64,000 nucleotides of DNA from Stegostoma tigrinum (taxonomy: Eukaryota): contig NC_081394.1 of the NCBI RefSeq assembly GCF_030684315.1, positions 17,094,658-17,158,657 of the forward strand, in the 5' to 3' direction. The number at the start of each line of letters is the position of its first letter. The first letter of the stretch is position 1. Positions 37,680 through 50,884 of the stretch are shown here, piece by piece. The translations under genes and the position numbers were made by a program. The notes under the pieces are model-generated. The model had not been told where the DNA came from, did not search any database, and saw only the letters and a program-made list of their open reading frames with translations.

Positions 37680-40080
37680 CAAAACAAAAAACAAACAAGT
37701 AAAAATCAAAGACAAAACAAATAAATAAACAAAAGAGTAATAAGCAAATCCCCTCTGCTCCGTCCCCAAACACCCTTGGATAGGGACAGCAAGGGTTTCA
37801 AATCCAGAAATAGTTCCATTGCTCATTTGAACTAAAGATAAAATTCCCCTCACACCGATCATCACCAAGTACATCTGGGACAGCGACAGTTTGGGGATTA
37901 AATAAAAGCCCCCTTTGCTCTTCCAACGGGACCAAAAAACTGGAACAAAGGGAGAAAATAAGACAGCCTTCTTCCCGGGGCACCAAACCGAACAGAAAAG
38001 CAAACCCAAAAGGCAAAATCTAAACTGACTCGAAAGAAACAATGAGCCAACGCGCGATATCATTATCCAGGCCCGTGGCGCACAGTGGTCTCGAAAGGCT
38101 TCGAGCGGACCAATGAGCACCGCGTGCTCCCTCTCCAGGGACGAACGGAACCATGAAAGAGGGGCAGGTAGGTGGGTAGAAAGAAAGGTCTGACGATCCC
38201 CTGCTTGAACCTGGAAATGGCCAACTTGGTCAGGCCTAGGAACAAAGCCACAACAAAGCTCATAGTCTCGCCCACCCTACACCGCATCGGGTGTCTGTAC
38301 ATCAGAACTGTGGGGCTGAATTACAACCAAATCTTTGACAACAGCCCGTTCGAAAATCTAAAAGGGGGCTGTAGACGAACACACTCGACGTGCAGGTGGA
38401 AGACCCTCTCCAGGCCAGAACAACACATCCCGAGCCCGCAATAATCGCCCTCGTCCTCACACACCACCCCAACAACCTCCGGATACAACGCATCATCCTT
38501 CGACACTTCCGCCATCTACAATGCGACCCCATACCTGAGATATTTTTCCATCACCACCCTTGTCTGCCTTCCGGAGTGACTCCCTTGTCCACTCCACACT
38601 CCCCTCCAATCCCACCACACCCAGCACCTTCCCCTGCAACTGCAGGAAGTGCTACAATTGCCCCGACACCTCCTCCCTCACCCCCATCCCAGGCCTCAAG
38701 ATGATTTTCCATATTAAGCAGATGTTCACCTGCACATCTGCCAATGTGGTATACTGTATCCACTGTACCCGGTGTGGCTTTCTCTCATTGGGGAAACCAA
38801 GCGGAGGCTTGGGGATTGGTTTGCAGAACACCTCCGCTCGGTTCGCAATAAACGACTGCACCTCCCAGTCACGAACCATTTTAACTCCCCCTCCCATTCT
38901 TTAGACGACATGTCCATCCTGGGCCTCCTGCAGTGCCACAATGATGCCACCCGAAGGTTGCAGGAACAGCAACTCATATTCCGCTTGGGAACCCTGCAGC
39001 CCAATGGTATCAGTGTGGACTTCACAAGCTGCAAAATCTCCCCTTCCCCCACTGCATCCCAAAACCAGCCCAGCTCGTTCCCTCCCCCCACTGCATCACC
39101 AAACCAGCCCAGCTCGTTCCCGCCTCCTTAACCTGTTCTTCCTCTCACCTATCCGCTCCTCCCACCTCAAGCCACACCACCATTCCTCACCTACCAACCT
39201 CATCCGGCCTCCTTGACCAATCCCTCCTCTCCGGACTGATCTATCCCCTCCCCAACTCCTGACCTATACTCTCCTCTCCACCTATCTTCTCCTCTATCCA
39301 TCTTCGGTCTGCCTCCCCCTCTCTCCCTATTTATTTTAAAACCCTCTCCCCATCCCCCTCTCTGATGAAGGGTCTAGGCCCAAAACATCTGCTTTCGTGC
39401 TCCTGAGATGCTGCTTGGCCTGCTGTGTTCATCCAGCCCCACACTTTGTTATCTTGGATTCTCCAGCATCTGCAGTTCCCATTATCTCCGAACATGCACT
39501 TTGCCTGGCAGCCAGTGAACTTGCCCAGTTGCCGGTTGGACAGCACCATTGCACGCAGCACTATCTACCCCAGATCCCCAGTGTAAGAGGAAAGATTCCT
39601 TCATAGAGGGCCCTCCACTGGCAATCTCCACCCCTGGTGGGCAAGGCAGCACACCAAGGTACTTACAGGCAGCAGATGAAGGCACGAACCAGCACAAATA
39701 ATGCCTTCATTGCCTTGGAAAATGGCACCGGAAGGATATCCCAGAGTCGGCTTGGATTGCATTGCAGCACGTCCTCGGGTCCGTGGTGCAGAGCCAATGA
39801 CAGACAGGCGTCCAGAAGCTGGAGGTGGGGGCAATGCAGAGAATGTAACTGACCCACATATGAACAACCACGCCGTGCAAATACCATCGTCTCTCTCCTT
39901 CCCGCCACCCACGCAAACCAGGACCAATGCCTCCCCCTCACACACATAGCCGATAAAGGAAACTGGGAGTGTCCCATTAGGCCTCACCTGCCAGTCTAGT
40001 CGCCTCAGGCAGCCACGTCCCAACCTGTCACCCAACCCACATATCCAAAATAGTAATTTGTCAATTCCCAGAGGCAACAG
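37680..40080 (-). mobile_element. Tx1-clade LINE 3' part (ORF2 C-terminus plus 3'UTR), interrupted by a PLE
   Basis: Minus strand CMF..GLERVFHLHVECVRLQP..FSPTVLMYRHP..LGLTKLAI..LPLFHG; upstream QWRALYEGIFPL; T-rich 3' end at ~37680-37740. Confidence 0.75.
38422..39488 (+). mobile_element. PLE (thumb, GIY-YIG, terminus) nested in the Tx1
   Basis: TFPCNCRKCYNCP, VVYCIHCTRCG, IGETKRRLGDWFAEHLRSV; GAACA on both sides. Confidence 0.9.
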
Positions 40081-40084
40081 TCGT

Positions 40085-40345
40085 AGAATAGAATAAAATA
40101 AAATAGAATCCCTACAGTGTGGTAACAGGCCCTTTGGCCTGACCAGCCCACACCAAACATCAGAGCATCCCACCCAGACCCACCCCTCTATAACCCACAG
40201 AATCTACAGTGCCCTGAACACTACGGGCAATTTAGCATGTCCAATCCACCAAAACTGCACATCTTTGGACTGTAGGAAGAAACCTACGCAGACACGGGGA
40301 GAATGTGCAAACTCCACTTAGACAGTCACTCAAGTTTGGAATGAA
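40085..40345 (-). mobile_element. HE1-type SINE, 5'-truncated
   Basis: GCAGACACGGGGAGAATGTGCAAACTCCAC core. Confidence 0.85.
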
Positions 40346-40849
40346 TGGTGTCAAGTAGGCAAGAATCACAGAGTAATAATAAAGAATAGGCCCAGGCTTT
40401 GAACAATTCCTGGCCCAAAATATAGTCTCTCACTGTAAGTGTTCAGGCCCCAAGCAATTAGTGTCCAGGCCTGAATCCCCTGACTGAAGCTGTAGTCCAG
40501 ACTCCAGAAATGAGCGTCCCAGGCACTGGCTGAATAAAAGTGCAGGCCACCATGTTTCTCAGAGCAACAGGAGCAGCACCCAGGCCTCAATCCTCAGCAG
40601 ATTCTCCCTGGCACAGCACGTGTTATTACAACAGTCTTCAACTCAAGGAGGAGAAATGCAGGCCACCAGGCTTCCAAACGTAACAGCAGCAACAGAGAAT
40701 CCCAGGTTTGAACACTTCCAGGCAGGCTGTAGCACCAGGGGCTCTAGGCTCTACTTGCTCTCTGTTGCAATAATGTGTTGCTACTGCAGCCTCCAATTTC
40801 CAACGACAGCAGCAGAGTACAGACTTCTGACACACTGCCCTTAACAGGG

Positions 40850-42110
40850 TAAAATATCCCTCCACCACCACCCTCTGTCTGCAATATTCCAGCCACTTTT
40901 GTTTTTTAATCCAAACGGCTAATTCTCCCTGCATTCAGTGTGATCTAACTTGCTAACCAGTCTACAAGGTGGGACCTTGTTGAGGTCCATACAGATAATG
41001 TCCATGGCTCTGCCTTCTTCAGTCCTCTTCATCACTTCTTCGAAAAACTCCAGTAAAGTTAGTGATATATGATTTCTCACACACAAGGCCATGTTGACTA
41101 TTCCTTATCAGTTCTTGCCTTTCCCTTTACACATAAATCCTGTTCCTCAGAATCCCCTCCAACAACTTGCCTTTCACTGATGCCAGGCCCACTGGTCTAT
41201 AGTTAACGTAAAAACAGAGAAGATGGGAGCAGGAGGAGGCCATTCGGCTCTTTAAGCTTGCTCTGCCATTATTGACAATCATGGCTGATTGACCAACTCA
41301 ATAGCCTAATACTGCTTTCTCCCCATAACTTTAATGCTTTCATTCAAAGTGCTATATCTAGTCGTCTCTTGAATACATTCAATATTTTGGCATCAATTAG
41401 TTCCTTTGGTAATGAATTCCACAGGCTCACCACGCTTAGGCTGAAGAATTGTCTCTTCATCTCCATTTTAAATCGTCTCTCCTGAATCCTCATACTGTGA
41501 CCCCTGGTTTTGGACACACCGATCATCAGGAACATCCTCCCTGCATTTAGCCTGTCCAGTCCTGTTAGAATTTTATAAGCCTGTATGAGATCCCTGCTCA
41601 TTCATCTGAACTCTAGCAAAAATAATCTCAACCTTGCCCTACGTCAATCCTGCCAACCTAGAATCAGCGTGATAAACCTTCGCTGCACTGCCTCGAGAAC
41701 AAGACCTCCTTTGTCAGAAAAAGAATCAAAAACTGCACTCAATATTCTACGTGTCAACTCACCAAGGCCCTGTATAACTGCAACAACACATCCCTGCTCC
41801 TAAACTCGAAATCTATCGCAAAAGGACAACATACTATTTGCCTTCTTTACCTACTTTAGATCCAGAACTGAAATTTCTCATTCCAGGGACCATTCTTGTA
41901 AACCAATTCTGCACCGTCTCCAATATATTCACACCTTTCCTGTGACGTGACATTTACAGCTGCACACAAGACTCCAACTGAGGTCTAAAAAGGGCTTTAT
42001 ACAAGTTCGACATCACCCTCTTTGCTCTGGTACTCCATTCCCCTGTGAGTAAATCCAAGAACACTGAATGTTTTATTAACCGCTCTCTCCACTTGTTGTG
42101 CCCTCCAAGC
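40850..42110 (-). mobile_element. Nested old CR1-group LINE fragments
   Basis: RQRVVVEG, DLIQAYKILTGLDR, FFSLSVVSLWNSLP on the minus strand. Confidence 0.75.
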
Positions 42111-42155
42111 CACTCTGCCCTAAGCTATTTCACACTCACTCTCTTTTTCTCCCTT

Positions 42156-42187
<32 letters not shown>

Positions 42188-42272
42188 ACTCTGTGATATA
42201 ATTAATCTACAGAGGCCCCCTTGGAAGTCATTGCCTTCAATTAGGTAATATTGGAAGTTGGGAATCACTTTG

Positions 42273-42555
42273 GATCTTCATTGTCTGAAGAATCATTTTA
42301 GATCATCATTGTCTGAACAATCTCCTTGGATCCTCTTTGTCGAAAGGATCTCTCTGGGTCTTCATTGTCTGAGGGGTGTATTTGGATCTTCATTGTCTAA
42401 GGAATCTGTTTGAATTCTCATTATCTGGGGGCTCCTTTTGCATTATTATTGTTTAACAGATCCCTTTGGATCACCTTTGTCTGAGGGATTTCTTTTGGTC
42501 CTCACTGACTAAGTGTCCCTTTAAATCATCAGTATCTATGAGATCTCTTTGGAGG
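42273..42555. repeat. 28-bp tandem repeat, about 10 degenerate copies
   Basis: GATCTTCATTGTCTGA... units start at 42273, 42301, 42329 and onward. Confidence 0.8.
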
Positions 42556-43244
42556 TTGTATCTGTTCCAAGCCTCAAATTGCTGTATTGTTGATTCCAAT
42601 GTAGCACTGTCTGCAGGCTCAACACTGACCCTACTCCAGCAGACACCAGAAAACACGCCAGCAAAATTCCTCTAGCCTGAGCCCATGTCGCCACAGCTTT
42701 AAATTGACGGTCCCACAGTTTTTGTGGTTCACATGAAACTTGGTTCAACACAGAAGTCTGAAATCAGAAGCTAATTCTTTCCTGTCCATCTGGAATAATT
42801 ACATGTTCAGCAGGAAACTGATCCGTTGCTGTGAAGGAACTTAAATCACTTGATTTCAGAATTATGCAGCACTAATAGAGACTGTTTCATCCAATGAGGC
42901 CTGGGTCAGCTCTTTGGAAGATCCCTCAAGTTAGTCCCCATGATCCCCTCTTTACCCCACAACACTGAAAATGTTCCCAGTTTTAATATTCCGCTAATGC
43001 CTGTTTTTCAAACTTGCTCTTCAATCCGATTCCACCTCCATCTCAGGCAGTGACTAATTGATCTCCTGTGAAGCTGCAATATTCTCAGCATCGATTAAGT
43101 TTATATTGTGCAGCAGATGAGAGGGAAACATGATTAATCTTACCTTGTCGATCTTAGATGCTGCTGTGGGACATTCAGGCCAGTGCTGTCTGAGTCTTAT
43201 TTTCGAGATCCACTTCATCCTCCAGTTTTTATCCATGCTTCTTA

Positions 43245-43405
43245 AATGTCCCTGTCATCCCACACTCACCGACCTACATTAGCGTCAACATCTCAGTTTG
43301 ATGATTCTCTGCGTCGTTTTCTGAACCCTCCACTCCCCCACTCCCTATCTCTGTAACCTTCACCAATCCTTGAACCCACTGAGATCTCTTTGCTCCCCCA
43401 ATGTT
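43245..43405 (+). mobile_element. L2-like LINE fragment
   Basis: GACCTACATT...CTCCCTATCTCTGTAACC motif. Confidence 0.5.
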
Positions 43406-43819
43406 GTTGTCAGACCGGGAGACGGTGTATATCAGTGAGCACATGTGGTAATGGGTGACCTGGACTTGGTATGAATTTGTACACTGGCTCACTGCTGAAT
43501 TGTTTCCCACTCTGAGCTCAATAACAATGATCTTTTACAAAACAATTAACTGCAAATCTGTCTGAGCTGATGGTGATGTTAACTTGAAGAAATAACAGCA
43601 GGAAGCAAGATTTCCTGATCATTGTCCACTCCAAATATTTGAACAGCTTCTCCCTCACAAGGTCTAAAAGAGAAAGGAGTTACTGAAACTCAGATTTCAT
43701 CTGACAGCTCTCAAGAAATCAGAACTCACAGATTTGAGCTGTATGCCCAGATTTTACTTGGAAGTAGAAATGTTTTGAAGGCATCAATCATTGGAATCTG
43801 TTTTCAAAATTAAGAAAAG

Positions 43820-44310
43820 AAATAGGAACTGAAGAAGGCTATTTTCCCTCTTGACCCTACTCCATCATTCAATTGGATCATGGCTAATCCAACAATTCCC
43901 GTTTCCACTTTCCTGTGTTTTGTCCGTAACCCTTGATTCCCTGACGGATCAAGAATCTATTCCATCCTTTGATGTACATTGTCCCCACAGTTGTCTGTGG
44001 CAGGAGTTCCAAAGACTCACAACCCTCTGAGAGAAGAAATTCTTCCTTATCTGAGTTTAAATTTGTGTCCCATTATTCTGATAACGGGGACCCTCTGGTC
44101 ACAAACTCTCACATGATGTGAAACATCCACTCAGATTTACCCTGTCAGGCCCCTTAAGAATCCTATATGGTGAAATCAGATCGCCTCTAATTCTTCTAAA
44201 CTCCACGGAATAGATGCCCAAACTGTTTTGTCTTTAATCATAAGACAATCCCTCCAAGCTGGGATCCTCCTAGTCAATCGGCTTTGATCTGCTTCCAATG
44301 AAATGATACC
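43820..44310 (-). mobile_element. Old CR1-group LINE 3' fragment
   Basis: GAGTTCCAAAGACTCACAACCCTCTGAGAGAAGAAATT; CCTCTAATTCTTCTAAACTCC. Confidence 0.65.
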
Positions 44311-45169
44311 TTTAAAAATTGACAATACCAACAAAGGTCAATGTTGGTCATAGAAGCAAATTCCAAACATTATGTTTCTTACCCAGGACCTGCCTGACAC
44401 TTCACCTGGGGAGTAAGTGCCGAGATGCTCTGCTTGGGCTGAATGTAATTTTCCTCTGCTGTTCCACTGTGTTTTTAATTAGAAAGAGCTGACACACCGA
44501 GTCAAAATGAGGAAGTAGGAAGTCTGTGATAAATTCTATAACAGCTTGCAATATAACCAAACTGTTGACCTATGTGAATTGAACTCGGAGTTCGGCAGCT
44601 GTTCACATGTATTATCTACCCTGGTCCCAAGGCCAGAAACTTGAATGCCATGATCCAGGATGACAATCTACAAAGGCTATTTTAATATTTATCCACAGCT
44701 TACAGACACCACTGCTTGTCCCTAAATGCCCTGGTGGAGATGCTGTCCATGTGCTGTAGGTAAACCCAGAATGCTGTTACAGCGGGAGCCCCAGGATTTT
44801 GACAGTGACACTGAACGAATGGCAAAATACCACCAAGTAAATGTGGTAAGTGACTCTGTGTCCATAAGAAATAGGAACAGGATGAGGCCATTTGTCACAG
44901 CCATTCAAAAAGACACGGCTGATCACACATTCCTCAGATCCACTTTACTGCCACTTCCCTGAGTAGCTTCAGAGGGGAGCAGGCAGGGAATGGTGTTCCC
45001 ATGTATTTACCGTTGTTGTCATTCCACATGCTGTCTAAGGAGCCCTGGTGTAAACTAGGGGAATGCTGCACCAGTGCAATGGAAACATAGATTTGGTGGG
45101 TCAGTGCTGAGGGAGAGCCGTATTGTTGGAGTATCAGTGTTCAGGGAGTGTCACACTGTCAGAGGGTCA

Positions 45170-45330
45170 GGAAAAAGACATGACCAATGCTCACTCATCT
45201 CCATTCATATGGATAAGTAGAACCTCTAGTTTGACTGGGGAAACACCAGGATCCTAGGACAGACCAAACAGAAACAAGCACAGGAATGTCCAGAGGCCTG
45301 GTTCTTCACCAAGAACGTCATTAACAAATA
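45170..45330 (+). mobile_element. PLE GIY-YIG C-terminal fragment of a third family
   Basis: Translates KRHDQCSLISIH..FDWGNTRILGQTKQKQAQECPEAW..NVINK with stops. Confidence 0.6.
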
Positions 45331-46085
45331 TGTGTATGTGGGAGAGTGTGTGTGAGTGAGGGGTGCGGTGAGTGTGACTGTGTGTGTGTGTGTGTGTGAG
45401 AGAGTGTGAGAGAGAGAGTGTGAGTGAGTGAGAGAGAGGGCAGAGTGAGAGTGTGTTGGAGGGCAGAGAGAGGGTGCATGTCTGTGAGAGAGAGGAGTGA
45501 GAGAGAGTGAGTGCGAGCGTATGAGAGAGAGGTGGAGAGGGAGGGTATATGTGAGAGGGGTAGTGAGAGTGTGTGAGGGGGGAAGGAGAGAGTGTGTGTT
45601 TGTGTGCTTGAGAAAGTGATTGGAGGTTACTGAGACAATGAGTATTTGCATAAGAGAGAGGGGAGAAAGTGTTTGTGTGTGACAGGGAGAGATACATTGT
45701 ACATATATTGAGGGAAAGAGATTGAGTGAGGGAGGCGTGAGAGAGTGAGAATATGTGAGGGGGAGAGAGTGTGTGTGTGTATGTGTGTGGAGGGGAAAGA
45801 GAGAGTGAAAGAGAGAGAGAGTGTGTTTGTAAAGGGGGAGAGAGTGTGTGCCTGAGAAGGGGGAGAGAGAAAACATGTTTGTGGGAGTAGGGGCCAGTGA
45901 GAGAGGTGGAGAGTGTATACCTGTGAAGTGGAGAGAAAGATTGTATGCAGACAGAGAGTGAGAGACCAAGGGAGGTGTGAGAGAGAAAGTGACTGTGTGT
46001 GAGGAGAGAGAGTGTGTGTGCGGCTGAGGGGGGAAGAGAGAAAAATGTGTGCTGGTGTATTGGGTGGTAGTGAGAGACAGACCAA
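45331..46085. repeat. GA/GT-rich compound microsatellite
   Basis: Mixed (GA)n and (GT)n runs. Confidence 0.9.
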
Positions 46086-46109
46086 GTATATTTGTGATTC
46101 TTTATTCAT

Positions 46110-46452
46110 TGACTGGTTATGAGTGTTGCGGGTTCAACAGCATTTATTGCCCATCCCTACTTACCCAGAGGACAGTTAAGAATCAACCATGTTGCCTGTG
46201 AGTCTGGAGTCACATGTAGGCCAGACCAGGTAAGGATGGCAGTTTCCTTCCCAAAAGGACATTAGTGAACCAGATGGGTGTTTCCTCACAATCGACAATG
46301 AATTCACAGTCATCATTCGATTCTTAATCCAGATATTTATTGAATTCAGATTCCAACATCTGTCATGGTGGGATTTGAACCCCAGTCTCCTCGACATTAT
46401 CTGGGTCTCTGGATTAACATTCCGGTGATAATACCACAAGGCCATCGTCTCC
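46110..46452 (-). mobile_element. tRNA-derived SINE with a LINE-like tail
   Basis: Minus B box GGTTCAAATCC; CTGGAGTCACATGTAGGCCAGACC core; tail CATTTATTGCCCATCCCTA. Confidence 0.75.
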
Positions 46453-46464
46453 CTATGTTTGTAT

Positions 46465-47100
46465 GTGTGACCTTATACTCTTCTAGGGATTCACTCGAAT
46501 CCTGTTACTTCTACCTGACATATGCTTCCTTCTTTTTCTTGACCAGATCCTGAATTTCTCCAGCCTTCCAGCATTCCCTCCACCTACCAGCCTTGCATTC
46601 ACTCTAACAGGAACATACTGTCTCTGGACTTTTGTCAGCTTATTTTTGAAGGGCTCCAACTTTCCTGCTTCCCCTCTACCTTCAAACATCTCCACCTCCC
46701 CCACCCCCCAAACCCCACCACCACCACCAAAATCAACTTTTGGAAGTTCTATACTGAAAAAAATGGCCTTCATCCAATTTGGATCTTCAACTTTTAGCTC
46801 AGGTCTCTCCTTTCTCATCACTATTTTAAAACAAATAGAATTATGATCACTTACCCCAAAGGGCTTCCCAACTGACACCTCAGTCACTTGCCCTGCCTTA
46901 TTTCCCAAGAGTGAATCTACTTCTGATCCTTCTCCAGTAAGTCCATCCACAGGCTGAATAAGAACATTTTCTTGTGCACACTTCACAAATTTCTCTTTAT
47001 CTTACTCCTTAACACTATGGCAGTCCCAGACTATGTTTGCGAAGTTAAAATCCCCAGCCATTAGTAACTATTATACTAACAAATAACCAAGATCTCCTTA
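46465..47100 (-). mobile_element. CR1 ORF2 endonuclease/linker fragment
   Basis: LGNKAGQVTEVSVGKPFGVSDHNSICFKI. Confidence 0.75.
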
Positions 47101-48139
47101 ACCCCCTTCCGTTAGTTATTAATTATTAGATTATTATAATTAGACTGCTATTAAACTAAAAAATCAGAAAAACATTCTGAGATGTTCAAGTCACACCTCA
47201 GTAAGATGGCAGAATTTTCTAACAGAAATAAATACAGAAGGAAGGGATGGAGAGAGGGAGAGAGGAAGGAAGATATTTTCCTGTTGGATTCTGTCAACAA
47301 CTCGTCTCTGACAAATTCTTAAAAGTTCAGGTATCAGGCCCAGAATATGAACATGTCACTTTATTGTACAATAAAACTGTACAAAGAACCCCAGCATCAC
47401 AACAATTCCTTAAAAAAACAGTTCATCTCCTTCTATCCATCACTGACTTTCTCCATTTTTGCATCTCCTCATCAATTTAAAGGAAGATTGATCCCATCTC
47501 CCTGGAGGAATGGGCAATCAATGTGATGGGGATTGATCCATCCCTTGGAAGACTGTGTGATCGATGTGTTGGGGATTGATTGATGCCCCTGGAGGACTGC
47601 ATGATGGGGGATATGTGGAAAATCACATGGTCGCTATTGAGTCCCCAGTTCTTTTATGACAATTTAATGGCAGTTAATCCCACTGAATAAGCGGTTAATC
47701 AACTCACTTTCTTTGTTTACCATAAAGTCAACAGATGTATAAATTGTACACACAACCTAAATGTTTAAAATAGTTAAGGATTTTGTATTCTGTACAAAGC
47801 ATTCCATTCCGAGTTTCCTCAAGGTGAGTGATGGGGCAGAAAATCTATGGAGCGGTGGGGATTTGAAGGCAGAGTAGGGAATATGGGTGTAGACACGGTG
47901 GTTGTTATAGGCGTCAGGCTTTCTCTGGTCAATTCCAGTCAGATCATAGACTCATAGAGTTACATAGCACAGAAGGAGACCCTTCGGTCCAAATTGTCCA
48001 TGCTGACCAGACATCTGAAACTGATTTAGTCCCATTTGCCAGCTTTTGGTGCAAATCACTTTAAACCCTTGCAATTGGTGTACACATCCAGATGCCTTCT
48101 AAATGTTTTAAATGTACCAGCCTGAGCCGCCTCTTCTGT

Positions 48140-48965
48140 TTCAGTTCCAACATGTCACAGTGAAAAACCGCAATGACCTCATCAGAAGACAAACACAGCA
48201 CACAACCGATAGAGTACCCCTTGTTGTTCACTACTTCCCCGGAGCAGAGAAACTACGTCATGTTCTTTGCAACCTTCCACATGTCATCAATGCCAATGAG
48301 CACCTCACCAAGATCATTGCTACTCCTTCACTTCTCACCATCAAACAACCGCCAGCCTTAAACGGACCATCATTCTCAGCAAATTACCTTACCTTCAGGA
48401 CAACATCAACCATAACAGCACACCACCATTGCACTTGGGAGTACCACCTACCATATACACAACAGATACGCATGTGATTCAGTGATAGAAGAAATTGCTG
48501 ATGCTGGAGAATCTGAGATAACAAGGTGTAGAACTGGATGAACACAGCAAGCCAAGCAGCTTCAGAGGACCAGGAAAGCTGACGTTTTGGGTCTGGACCC
48601 TTCTTCAGAAAAGCTCTCTACCTTATGATCTCAGATATTCATGTGACTTGGCCAATGTTGTCTACCTCATATACTGCAGGCAAAGGGTGCCCCAAGGCAT
48701 GGTATAAAAGCAAGACAACCGAGACACTATGGCAAAGGATGAATGTAACAATCGCTGGACAGGAATGTTCCCGCCCAGTCAGGGAAAACTTCAGCAGTCA
48801 AGGACATTCATCACTGATCTTTGGGTAAGCATCCTCCAAGGCAGCCTTCAGGATACACAACAATGCAGAATCACTGAGCAGAAACTGATAGCCAAGTTCC
48901 GTACCCATGTAGGTAGCCTCAACTGTGATCTTGGATTCATGTTGTGCTACAAGTGACCCCACCAT
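48140..48965 (+). mobile_element. PLE fragments (second family) with a nested inverted terminus at ~48490-48612
   Basis: TTDRVPLVVHYFPGAEKLRHVL; EQKLIAKFRTH. Confidence 0.7.
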
Positions 48966-49231
48966 ACTGTTATATATGTGTAAAATTTTTCTTAGTGTCC
49001 TGTTTTGACATAGAATAGTACAGCACAGAAACAGGCCCTTTGGCCCACCATGACTGTGTTGACCATGATGCCATTCCAAATTAATCTCATCTGCCTGCTC
49101 ATGGTCCTCTGTCCACTGATGACTTGTTATGATCTCTCTACCTTAATTAGTTTGTACAATGTTGTATTATTTGTTGCTTTGGTTCGACCCTCAGCGTGTG
49201 ACTCTGATAGTTATCATGCTATTCCAGCCAT

Positions 49232-50860
49232 TTGAGATAACAAGGAGTAGATCCTGATGAACACAGCAGGCCAAGCAGCATTAAAGGAGCAGGAGAGCTG
49301 AAGTTTTGGGTCTGGGCTCTTCTTTAGAAATTGGGGAGGGGAAGGTGATTCTGAAATAAATAGAGAGAGGGTGAGGTGGATGGTAGATGGATAAAGGAGT
49401 ACATAGGTGGAGAGGACACAGACAGGTCAAGGAGGCAGGGATGGAGACAGTAAAGGTGAGTGTAGGTGGGGAGTTAGGGAGGAGATAGGTCAGTCCAGGG
49501 AGGACGGACAGGTCAAGGGGAAAGAATGAGGTATGAGGAAGGAAGTGGTGGTGCGGCGTGAGGTGGGAGGTGGGGATAGGTGAGAGGAAGAACAGGTTAG
49601 GGAGGCAGGGACGAGGTGGGCTGGTTTTGGGATGCAGTGGGGGAAGGGGAGATTTTGAAGCTTGTGAAATCCACATTGATACCATTGGGTTGCAGGGTTC
49701 CCAAGTGGAATATGAGTTGCAGTTCCTGCAACCTTCGGCAGATATCGTTGTGGCACAGCAGGAGACTCAGGATGGACTAAGGAATGGGAGGGGGAGATGA
49801 AATGGTTCACGATTGGGAGGTGCAGTTGTTTATTACGGACTGAGTGTAGGTGTTCTGCAAAGCGGCCGCCAAGCCTCCGCTTGGTTTCCCCGATGTAGAG
49901 GAGGCCACAATGGGTACAGCGGATGTAGTATGCCATACTGGCAGATGTGCAGGTGAACATCTGCTCGACGTGGAAAGCCCTCTTGTGGCCTAGGATGGGG
50001 GGTGAGGTAGGAGGTGTGGGGGCAGGTGTAACACTTCCTGCCATTGCAGGGGAAAGTGTTGGGTGTGTTGGGGTTGGAGGGGAGTTTGGAGCTGACAAGA
50101 GAGTCTCTGAGAGAGTGGTCCCTTTGCAAAGCAGACAAGGGTGGGTGGGGGGGGGGGGGCGGTAGAAAAGTGTCTTTGGTCAGATTGCAAATGGCGGAAG
50201 TGTCGGAGGTTGATATGTTGGAACCGGAGGTTGGTGAGATGATACGTGAGGATGCGGGGGATTCTCTTTTGGTTATGATTGCGGGGATGGGGTGTGAGGG
50301 ATGAGGTTGCGGGAAATGTGGGAGACATGGTCAAGGGCGTTCTCGACCACTGTGCGGGGGGTGGGGATGTAGCGGTCCTTGAAAAGGACATCTGAGATGT
50401 ACAGGAGTGGAATGCCTCATCCTGGGAGCAGATGTGGCAGTCGCGAAGGAATTGGGAATACGGGATGGCATTTTTGTAGGAATTGGGAGGAATCTGAAGA
50501 GGTTATTGATGGTGAGGACGAGTTTGGCTAGGCGGATAGGGTGCCAGTGGAGGGGGACTGGTCAGGCCTCCCGGTCAGTAAGAAGCATCTGTATGGGGAA
50601 TGCAGGTGTATCGGGACTGGACTTCCATCGTAAAAATGAGGGGTTGGGGCCCAGGGAATTGGAAGTTCTGGAGGAGTTGGAGGGCGTGGGTGGTGTCACC
50701 GATGTAGGTAGGGAGTTCCTGGACAAAGGGGTAGAAAATGGAGTCCAGATAGCTGGAGATGAGTTCAGTGGGGCAGGAGCAGGTGGAGACAAAGGGTCAA
50801 CCAGGGCAGGCAGGTTTGTGGATTTTGGGAAGGAGATAGAAGCGGGCGGTGTGGGGTTTC
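49232..50860 (-). mobile_element. Degenerate PLE (RT end, GIY-YIG, terminus)
   Basis: YYIRCTHCGLLYIGETKRRLGGRFAEHL. Confidence 0.85.
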
Positions 50861-50884
50861 TAACACTTTGTTATCGACAACCTC

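Noticed and set aside
45226-46109. His/Ser/Leu/Thr-rich ORFs up to 247 aa
   Set aside because: Produced by the GA/GT microsatellite
47815-47830. Isolated strong splice donor AAG/GTGAGT (and a minus-strand donor near 44380)
   Set aside because: No supported acceptor, reading frame or homology from sequence alone
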